Position numbers and translations under genes: made by a program
NCBI GenBank assembly: GCA_963741075.1
Contig: CAVUGS010000012.1
Span: 26,351-90,350, forward strand
Direction of reading: 5' to 3'
DNA from: an uncultured Thermoleophilia bacterium
GTDB taxonomy: Bacteria > Actinomycetota > Thermoleophilia > UBA2241
DNA: 64,000 bases
Part shown: piece after piece, positions 56,815 to 64,000 of the stretch
Numbering within the stretch: the stretch's first letter is position 1
Layout: the number at the start of each line of letters is the position of its first letter
Notes under the pieces: generated by a model
Seen by the model: the letters and a program-made list of their open reading frames with translations, nothing else
The model's database searches: none
What the model was told of the DNA's origin: nothing

Positions 56815-58116
56815 TCAGAACTCGAGCTTCTCCAGCCGGGCGAAGATCACGTCGCGCCCGGCCCGGTACTGGTCCGGGTCCATGGCCGCGTCGATCTCCT
56901 CGGCGGACATGACGGCCATGGCCTCGTCACTGGCCTTGATGAGGTCGCCGAAGTCGACGCCGTCGCGCCACGCCTGCATCGCCGCGTCCTGCACGACGCG
57001 GTAGGCGTCCTCGCGCAGCATGCCCTTGTCGACGAGGGCCAGCAGGACCGCCCCGCTGAAGACGAGGCGGTAGCTCTGGCCCAGGTTTGCCAGCATGCGC
57101 TCCTCGTCCACGACGAGGTTGTCGATGAGCCTGGTGAACTTCTGCAGCATGTAGTCGAGAAGGATCGTGCTGTCGGGCAGCACGATGCGCTCGGCCGAGC
57201 TGTGGCTGATGTCGCGCTCGTGCCACAGCGCCACGTTCTCCATGCCCACGAGCGCGTTGCCGCGCAGCACGCGCGCGCAGCCGGCCATGCGCTCGCTGAG
57301 GATAGGGTTGCGCTTGTGCGGCATGGCCGAGGACCCCTTCTGGCCTTTGCCGAACGCCTCCTCGGCCTCACGCACCTCGGTGCGCTGCAGGTGGCGCACC
57401 TCGGTGGCGAACTTCTCGATGCTCGAGCCGACGATGGCGATCGCGGAGAGAAAGGCGGCGTGCCGGTCGCGCTGCACCACCTGGTTGCTGATCGGCTCGC
57501 GGCCGATGTCGAGCTCCTCGCAGACGAGGTCCTCGACGCGCGGGTCGATGTTGTTGTACGCGCCGACGGCGCCGCTGATCTTGCCGACGGAGGCGTTGAC
57601 GGTGACGGTGCGCATGCGCTTGAGGTGGCGGCTGACCTCGAACGCCCAGATGCCGAGCTTCATGCCGAAGGTGATGGGCTCGGCGTGGATGCCGTGGGTG
57701 CGGCCCACCTCGACGGTGTCGCGGAACTCGAACGCGCGCCGCAGGAGCACCTCGCCGAGCGCGACGAGGTCGCGCTCGAGGAGCAGGCCGGCGCGCTTGA
57801 TCTGCAGCGCCAGGGCGGTGTCGAGCATGTCGCTGCTGGTCATGCCGTAGTGGACGTACTTGCTGGCCTCGCCGACGTACTCGGCGACGTTGGTGAGGAA
57901 GGCGATGACGTCGTGGTTGGTCGTCGCCTCGATCTCGTTGACGCGGGCCACGTCGAACGCAGCCTTGGCCTCGATCTCGCGGACCGCGTCGTCGGGGATC
58001 CTGCCGAGCCTGTTCCAGGCCTTCACGGCGGCGACCTCGACGTCCAGCCAGGCCTGCATCCGTGCCTCGTCGGTCCAGATCGCGCCCATCTCAGGGAGCG
58101 TGTAGCGCTCGATCAT
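56815..58116 (-). CDS. purB: Adenylosuccinate lyase
   Basis: MIERY, HDVIAF, GRTHGIHAEP, GSSAMPHKRNP. Confidence 0.97.
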   Translation of the reverse strand: MIERYTLPEMGAIWTDEARMQAWLDVEVAAVKAWNRLGRIPDDAVREIEAKAAFDVARVNEIEATTNHDVIAFLTNVAEYVGEASKYVHYGMTSSDMLDTALALQIKRAGLLLERDLVALGEVLLRRAFEFRDTVEVGRTHGIHAEPITFGMKLGIWAFEVSRHLKRMRTVTVNASVGKISGAVGAYNNIDPRVEDLVCEELDIGREPISNQVVQRDRHAAFLSAIAIVGSSIEKFATEVRHLQRTEVREAEEAFGKGQKGSSAMPHKRNPILSERMAGCARVLRGNALVGMENVALWHERDISHSSAERIVLPDSTILLDYMLQKFTRLIDNLVVDEERMLANLGQSYRLVFSGAVLLALVDKGMLREDAYRVVQDAAMQAWRDGVDFGDLIKASDEAMAVMSAEEIDAAMDPDQYRAGRDVIFARLEKLEF

Positions 58117-58246
58117 CGGTGCCCTCCGCGGCCGCCGGCGTCACGGCTGGGCCGGCTCCGCCGGCCGCCGCCTGTCGTCGCCCGCGATTCTCTCACACCG
58201 GCCGCGCGGCGCGGCGCACCTGGCGCGCCGCGCCGCTGGACGTGTG

Positions 58247-58885
58247 TCACTTCCCGATGGTGCTGCCGTCGGAGAGGTAGGCGACGAGCGAGTAGCTGTC
58301 TCCGCCGTCTACCGTCTTGTACACGTAGTCGCCTTTGCCCGTCCCCGGCTGCATGGGCTGGCCGGTGAACAGGTTCTTCGGCCAGGATGTCATCTGGCCC
58401 AGCGCTCCCGTCGGCGACACTTCAGCTGCCGGCGGGTACTTCTTGCCGCCGCCGGCCTTCCACTTCGCGAGGGCGCGCCGGATCGTGGTCAGCCCCAGAC
58501 CGACGGCGGCGTCGTTGTACTGCGCCTCGCTCACGCGCCTCAGCGTCGTCTTCTCCGGCTTCTCGACTGCGTCACCGCTGAGGTCGAGCGTGAGCTTGTC
58601 CGTCCCCGCCGGCACGAACGTCAGCGTCACCGCGTGCGTGTCGATGATCAGGGCGCCATCTTCGAGCGTCGGCGCAGGCGCCTCGTAGTCCGGATTCGCG
58701 TACACCTTGTACGCGTCGCCCGCCTTGAGGATGTGGACGAGCTGCATGCTCGCGTTACCGCCACCGGCCCAGTAGCCCGCCAACGGATCCTCGGCGGCCT
58801 TCGGCGCTCCGCCGCAGGCGGCGAAGGTCACGGCGAGAAGCACTGCGGCCAGCAGGGAGGTGAGTGGCAGGACGGCGCGCCGCAT
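58247..58885 (-). CDS. Lipoprotein: beta domain + C-terminal WPxNP domain
   Basis: Lipobox FAAC. DPLAGYW domain, then YPP..WPKNLFTGQPMQPGTGKGDYVY. Confidence 0.82.
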   Translation of the reverse strand: MRRAVLPLTSLLAAVLLAVTFAACGGAPKAAEDPLAGYWAGGGNASMQLVHILKAGDAYKVYANPDYEAPAPTLEDGALIIDTHAVTLTFVPAGTDKLTLDLSGDAVEKPEKTTLRRVSEAQYNDAAVGLGLTTIRRALAKWKAGGGKKYPPAAEVSPTGALGQMTSWPKNLFTGQPMQPGTGKGDYVYKTVDGGDSYSLVAYLSDGSTIGK

Positions 58886-58907
58886 ACGCCTGCGGCTCCG
58901 GCGCGTC

Positions 58908-59288
58908 TCAGCCACGGTACGCGACCGCTTCGATCTCGACGTGGAGCTCCTTGGGGAGGCGCGCCACCTCCACGGTGGAGCGCGCCGGGTACGGCTCCGC
59001 GAAGAACTCGCCGTACACTTCGTTGACGGCGGCGAACTCGTCCATGTCGCTGAGGAAGATGGTGGTCTTGACGACGTGCTCGAGGCCCAGGCCGGCGGCC
59101 TGGAGCGTGGCGCGCAGGTTCTCGAGCGCCTTGCGCGCCTGGTCTTTGGGCGTGTAGCCGACGATCTTGCCGTCGGTATCGAGCGCGATCTGTCCGGAGA
59201 CGAAGACGAAGTCGCCGACGCCGACGGCGGGCGAGTACGGGCCGACTGCCGGGGCGCCGTCGGGCGACGCGAAGACCTGCTTCTCCAT
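58908..59288 (-). CDS. RidA family enamine/imine deaminase
   Basis: GPYSPAV, VSGQI, KTTIFL, YPARSTVEV (catalytic Arg present), VEIEAVA. Confidence 0.93.
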   Translation of the reverse strand: MEKQVFASPDGAPAVGPYSPAVGVGDFVFVSGQIALDTDGKIVGYTPKDQARKALENLRATLQAAGLGLEHVVKTTIFLSDMDEFAAVNEVYGEFFAEPYPARSTVEVARLPKELHVEIEAVAYRG

Positions 59289-59315
59289 GGGGGGTGTCCT
59301 TTCTTGTGGGCCGCG

Positions 59316-59432
59316 TCAGGCGAGCAGCGCGCGCACGGCGACGTAGGCCAGCGCGACGGCGATGGCGAGCACCGCGATGTAGAGGAAGCCCGAGATCGTC
59401 CTCGGGCTGGGTGGCTTGTCGTTCCTCGGCAC
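59316..59432 (-). CDS. Small single-TM protein (38 aa)
   Basis: MPRNDKPPSPRTISGFLYIAVLAIAVALAYVAVRALLA* fills the gap between the two Rid genes. Confidence 0.4.
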   Translation of the reverse strand: MPRNDKPPSPRTISGFLYIAVLAIAVALAYVAVRALLA

Positions 59433-59442
59433 CCTGCGACTC

Positions 59443-59823
59443 TCAGTAGCGTTGCGCGATGGCGGCCACCTGCAGCCGCGCATCGCCGGGCAACCATGGT
59501 ACACCGGAGAGCGTGAGGGCGGGATACGGCGGGACGAAGTGGGCGGCGAGCGCGGCGTCGAGCGCCGCCCTGTCCGCCGGGTCGACGAGGTGGATCTCGA
59601 GGCTCACGACGTCCTCCAGCGAGAGGCCGGTGGAGCGGAGCTGGTGCTCGAGGTTGTCGAGGGCGCGGCCGGCCTGCTCGACCGCCGTGTGGCCGAAGAG
59701 CTCGCCGTTGACCTCGACCGGCAGCTGCGCCGAGATGAAGACGAAGTGGCCCGAGGAGATGCCGGGCGAGGCGGCGCCGGGCGGGCCCGGCGCCATGCTG
59801 GACCGGATGGGGTGTCTGCTCAT
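59443..59823 (-). CDS. Rid-family paralog lacking the catalytic Arg
   Basis: ISAQLP, ALDNL, YPALTLSGV, LQVAAIA. Confidence 0.8.
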   Translation of the reverse strand: MSRHPIRSSMAPGPPGAASPGISSGHFVFISAQLPVEVNGELFGHTAVEQAGRALDNLEHQLRSTGLSLEDVVSLEIHLVDPADRAALDAALAAHFVPPYPALTLSGVPWLPGDARLQVAAIAQRY

Positions 59824-60039
59824 GCCGCCAGTGTTCCCCGCCTGCGGCGTGGACGCACAACCGGGTGCGGCCGGCTGACCCCGCATCTCCTCCCTTGTGC
59901 GAACCTGGTGCCGCGGGGGGCGTCTCCGTTCTGTCGCCTGCGTTGCGGGCCACCCGGCCTTCTGCGATACTTTCAGTAGCCATCGGGGAGGGGGGCTTGC
60001 GCGATGCCTTCCCTTTCGGTAGGAGAAGGGGGGACCACC

Positions 60040-61254
60040 ATGGCAGCCCGCACGCTTTGGCTCGCGTGTCTCGTGATCACGGTCTCGTTGACTGTCCTTG
60101 GCGTGGCCGCCGTGCCTCGGGCCCGCGCGGGGGCGCTCCAGGCAACGACTGTCGGCGCCAACCAGGTCATCGCGGTCCCGTACCGTTCATGGAACAATCG
60201 GGCGCGTTACGCCACCGTGGTTCTGCCACGCGACTACGCGCCCGGCACCAACGAGGCCCTTCCCTGCATCGTCGAACCGCACGGCAGGGACACGTCGCCT
60301 CTGCGGCCAGCGTCGCAGTGGGGCGACCTGCCGACCACAGAGCGCTTCATGATCATCTGTCCGGACAGCTCGGGGAGGCGCCTCCCCTTCACGTCCTGGG
60401 GGGTCGACGGTCAGCTGCAGGACATCGCTGAGATCGTCGACGTCGTCGAGAGCAGTCTTCCCTGGGTGCACGTCGACCACCAGCGGCTGTACCTGGTCGG
60501 CATCAGTATGGGCGGGCAGGAGACGCTCTGCACTCTCGCCCGCTACCCCGACCGCTTCGCTGCCGGGTTGTGCGTCGACGGAAACGCCGACCTCGCGGCG
60601 CGGTACCGTGAGTTCCCGTTCGTCGGCATGGGCGACTCGCAGGCCCTGATGCGTCGCGAGGTCGGCGGCAGGCCCGGCGAGGTCCCCTGGCTCTACAAGC
60701 GTCGCAGCTCCACGCCGTTCGCCGGCACGCTGGCCACCTGTGGCGTGCCCATCGGCATTTGGTGGAGCAAGGACGACACGATCGGCTATCACCAAGCCGA
60801 GACGCAGACCGGCTACCTCTACCGGAGGATCAAGAGCCTTGCGCCCGACGCGCCAGTCGTGCAGGTCATCGGCAGGGGCAAGCATGGCACGATGCTCTCC
60901 GGTCATCCGGAGGCGGCCGTTGACTTCCTGCGTCCGAACGGTGTCTGGCGCACGCTGCCGGCGGCTCCGACCGCATGGGAGTACCGCAGCTGGCTGCCGT
61001 CGGCCGGCGCCTGGGGCTATCACGTCGTCACCACGGCCGGCAGCCATCGGCTGTGGAGGGTGCGCATCGCGCCGGGCAGCATCGCCGTCTCTTGCCCGAC
61101 GCCCCTGACCGTACAGGCGCCCTATGGCGCCGCCCTGCCTGCGCCCGCGGTTGTGACCGTCAACGGCGTCGTGCGGCAGATCATGCCGGTCGGTGGGCAC
61201 ATCAGCATCACATTCGCGGCGGGTTCGTCCACGGCTACCTACGCCACGGAATGA
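60040..61254 (+). CDS. Secreted alpha/beta hydrolase (esterase/PHB-depolymerase-like)
   Basis: Signal peptide, LPRDY, HGRD, GISMGG nucleophile elbow. Confidence 0.75.
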   Translation: MAARTLWLACLVITVSLTVLGVAAVPRARAGALQATTVGANQVIAVPYRSWNNRARYATVVLPRDYAPGTNEALPCIVEPHGRDTSPLRPASQWGDLPTTERFMIICPDSSGRRLPFTSWGVDGQLQDIAEIVDVVESSLPWVHVDHQRLYLVGISMGGQETLCTLARYPDRFAAGLCVDGNADLAARYREFPFVGMGDSQALMRREVGGRPGEVPWLYKRRSSTPFAGTLATCGVPIGIWWSKDDTIGYHQAETQTGYLYRRIKSLAPDAPVVQVIGRGKHGTMLSGHPEAAVDFLRPNGVWRTLPAAPTAWEYRSWLPSAGAWGYHVVTTAGSHRLWRVRIAPGSIAVSCPTPLTVQAPYGAALPAPAVVTVNGVVRQIMPVGGHISITFAAGSSTATYATE

Positions 61255-62423
61255 GGAAAGCCGGACCTCGCGGAGCGAGGCGGGCGCGGCCCTTGCTGCT
61301 TGCCGCCGCGCTGGCGTTCCTCCTCATCGCGGTGGCCGCGGCCGCCGCCTCCGCAGCCCGGGCTGGCACGCTGCCCGTGCCGACGGTGGCCGCCAGTTCC
61401 GGCATCCTCATCGACCGCGTCACCGGCCGCGTGCTGTGGTCCAGGCGCCCCGACCTTCGCCTGCCGATGGCCTCTACGACCAAGATCATGACGCTGCTCA
61501 TCGTCCTCGAGCACCGCCGCGACGTACTGGATGACTGGTTCGTGGTCTCCGACGCTGTCGCGGGGAGCACCGGCGTGGGGCTGCAGCCCGGGGACACGAT
61601 CACGTACCGCGGAGCGATAACCGGCATGATCGTCCGTAGCGCCACCGACTGCGCGGTCGCCCTTGCCGCCGACGTCGCCGGCAACGAGGACCGCTTCGTC
61701 GTGCTCATGAACCAGCACGCCAAGGCGTGGGGCCTCACCCGGACGCACTACACCAACGCCTCGGGAGCGCCCGAGGACCCGAGGCACGTGACCACGGCGC
61801 GCGAACTAGCTCGGTTGGGCAGGCGCGCCATGAGTGATGCGACGGTGCGCGGGTTCGTAGCCATCAAGGAATCGCTCGTCACCTGGGAGACCGGCAGCTA
61901 CCAGTGCCACTCCAAGAACTGGATTCTCGACTATCCGTGGGGCGAAGGGATCAAGCCGGGGTACACGCCCCTCGCCAAGTACTGCCTCGCAGCCGCCGGA
62001 CAACCGGGGCTGCGCCCTCTCATCAGCACGACGCTGCATGAGCCGTCGCGGGCCCGCAACATGCGCGACAACGCCGACCTGCTGCTGTACGGCTCGTCGC
62101 TCTACAGGCGGCGCGGCCTCGTCCACAGCGGCGACGTCGTCGCGCGGCGGACAATGCCCGACGGCGGCGCGCTCCCGTGCGTGGCGGGCGCATCGCTGGC
62201 CGGCGTCGTCGTGCGCAAGGGGGCCCAGGTGAAGCGCACGGTCTCGCTCGTCGCTGGCTTGACCACCGTGCCGGCGCCCGGCACCTATGTGGGCACCGCG
62301 ACCTACCGGGCCGACGGGGAGTCTCTCGGCACCGTGAATCTGTACGCGACGGCGCTGCCGGCGGCGTCGCCGGTCGTCAGAGCGTTGGACTCGCCGAGCC
62401 TCTCCGCTCTAGCCAACTTCTGA
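61251..62423 (+). CDS. S11 D-alanyl-D-alanine carboxypeptidase-like protein with non-canonical motifs
   Basis: MASTTK (SxxK), SATD at the SxN site, HYTNASG, KPGYT at the KTG site. ATGA-coupled. Confidence 0.8.
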   Translation: MRKAGPRGARRARPLLLAAALAFLLIAVAAAAASAARAGTLPVPTVAASSGILIDRVTGRVLWSRRPDLRLPMASTTKIMTLLIVLEHRRDVLDDWFVVSDAVAGSTGVGLQPGDTITYRGAITGMIVRSATDCAVALAADVAGNEDRFVVLMNQHAKAWGLTRTHYTNASGAPEDPRHVTTARELARLGRRAMSDATVRGFVAIKESLVTWETGSYQCHSKNWILDYPWGEGIKPGYTPLAKYCLAAAGQPGLRPLISTTLHEPSRARNMRDNADLLLYGSSLYRRRGLVHSGDVVARRTMPDGGALPCVAGASLAGVVVRKGAQVKRTVSLVAGLTTVPAPGTYVGTATYRADGESLGTVNLYATALPAASPVVRALDSPSLSALANF

Positions 62424-62444
62424 AAGTTCCGGTCGTCCCGCCCC

Positions 62445-63738
62445 TCAGGGCGCCAGGCGCATGATCACCGCGTCGGCCCCGGCTCCGGAGGCCCGGCACC
62501 AGCCCGCCACGTAGGCGCCGCCGTCGGGGGCGGCCTGCAGGTCGAGCGCCCGGCCAGCCGGTCTGGCAGCGTAGTCATAGCGCCAGGTCAAGCCGGACGC
62601 CGGCAGGAAGTGCAGCGCCGAGAAGACGGCGCCTGTCCTGCCGGCGACCCATGCGCCAGCTTGTGTCGTCGCCACGAGCTCGCCGCCGCAGCCGGCCGTA
62701 TCGCTCCAGATCAACGGAGCGGCGACCGGGGCGCCGGTCGCGTTCAACTGCACAATGAAGCCTTCGTCCACGCCGCTCGATCGCATGCGACCGACGGCGA
62801 TCGCGCCGTCCGCCGCCGTGCCGCCGACGTCGTTGAGCTCGTAGGGCGGAGTGAGTCCCAGGGCGCCGCCCCACTGCTGCGTGAACGGGGTGTACGGCGA
62901 GGCGAGCACCGATCCGTATCCGGGCGCCGCGGCGTCATCCGATGAGTCCATCGTCCAGACGATGCCGCCGGGCCTGCCGGAGATGGCGCTCGCGCTCGTG
63001 AACGCGGCGTCGCCGGGCAGGCGCACCGACCAGCGGCGCGATCCGCCGGGGGAGAATGAGTCCAACCGCGCCTCAGTTCCGGTGGCGGACGCGGACCAGC
63101 CGGAGAGGTGGAGGTTGTCCGCGGCGTCCGTCGTGACGTCGGTCACGCGCGTCCCCGGCGCCAGCGCCGCCCACCAGACGCGCGCACCCAGTCGGGAGTA
63201 GCGCAGCACGCGCGTGCGGTAGGCGGTGCCCGACCAGCTCTCGACGACGGCGTAGATGCCACCTCCTGCGAGGCCACACACGAAGCGGGCGTCGTCCTGC
63301 CAGTCCGAGCCGTAGTCAACGCGGCGCGACCAGGTGAGCCGGCCGTCTGCCGAGTACCGAAGGATTGCCGCGTCGCCCCCGCGTCCCGCCGTACAGGCCG
63401 GCGAGGTAGAGCCCGCCGCGGCCGTCGCGGCCCAGGTCCCAACACTGGTCGCAGCCCGACAGAGGGCCGTTCCACTGTCGTACCCAGGACGTCGTGCCGT
63501 TCGCGGCGTAGCGGACGAGCAGCATATCCGAGCCGTTCGCGGAGCTGACGGCACTGTAGCCGGCTGCGTAGGCGCCGCCGTCGGGAGCCGCGACGACAGA
63601 GGTGAAGGCGTCGCTGCCGTGCGCTCGGCCGAAGTAGACCTGCTGCCAGCTCACGCGCTCGGCGGCTGCGACCTGCACGATCACGAGCCCGGCGGCCGCC
63701 GCGAGCGCGGCGAGCACGATGACGAAGACAGTCCTCAT
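62445..63738 (-). CDS. Secreted beta-propeller repeat protein (frameshift near 63400)
   Basis: Signal peptide, then repeated 'DGGAYxAG...xxRYxxxG..W' blades. Confidence 0.7.
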
Positions 63739-63766
63739 GCGCGACTCCTCACTGACGGCTCCGTGC

Positions 63767-64000
63767 TTACAGGTCGAGGATCTTGGCCGCCAGGATGGCC
63801 GCGTTGCGGGCGCCGTTGATGGCGACGCACGCCACGGGCACGCCCGGCGGCATCTGCACGATGCTCAGCAGCGAGTCGAGGCCGCCCAGGTCGCTGGTCT
63901 TGATGGGCACGCCGATCACCGGGAGGTTGGTGTAGGCGGCCAGCACGCCGGGGAGGGCCGCCGCCTTGCCGGCGCCGCCGATGAGCACCTTGAGGCCGCG
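63767..64000 (-). CDS. purE: N5-CAIR mutase PurE, C-terminal part (5' outside window)
   Basis: [34 protein letters not shown]. Confidence 0.95.
   Translation of the reverse strand, partial: RGLKVLIGGAGKAAALPGVLAAYTNLPVIGVPIKTSDLGGLDSLLSIVQMPPGVPVACVAINGARNAAILAAKILDL

Overview
High-GC (~70%) bacterial chromosome segment, probably Actinomycetota. A Thermoleophilia-like lineage is an inference from GC content, leaderless -10 promoters and the purS/purQ/purL set. Many genes, including essential purF, purL and ddl, carry 1-nt indels, most densely in 4-35 kb. These look like uncorrected long-read errors, so many CDS below were rebuilt across reading frames. Housekeeping content: purF/L/Q/S, purB, purE, aroA, ddl, larB, a wbpA/B/D-like nucleotide-sugar trio, a split-type cytochrome bc operon and an ECF sigma/anti-sigma pair. 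Four things stand out. (1) A trimethylamine methyltransferase (MttB, 37828-39297) and a dimethylamine methyltransferase (MtbB, 41254-42640) each carry an in-frame TAG at the conserved pyrrolysine position, with homology continuing past it. A non-Pyl MttB paralog is present and TAG is still a normal stop elsewhere. No pyl or corrinoid-protein genes are in the window. (2) An unnamed ~85-90 aa extracytoplasmic domain (helix-YP...WPx[N/D]P[W/F]TG..M.PG...G.Y.Y), resembling a pilin/GspG head without a prepilin peptide, occurs 10 times in 6 genes between 37 and 59 kb, interleaved with the Pyl genes. (3) A RAPP-motif upstream ORF has Ala-Pro-Pro codons complementary to the Shine-Dalgarno of a multicopper oxidase. 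(4) A tasA-like/sipW/tasA-like fibre locus has a SipW with a C2H2-like zinc-finger tail. No rRNA, tRNA, CRISPR array or transposase was recognised.
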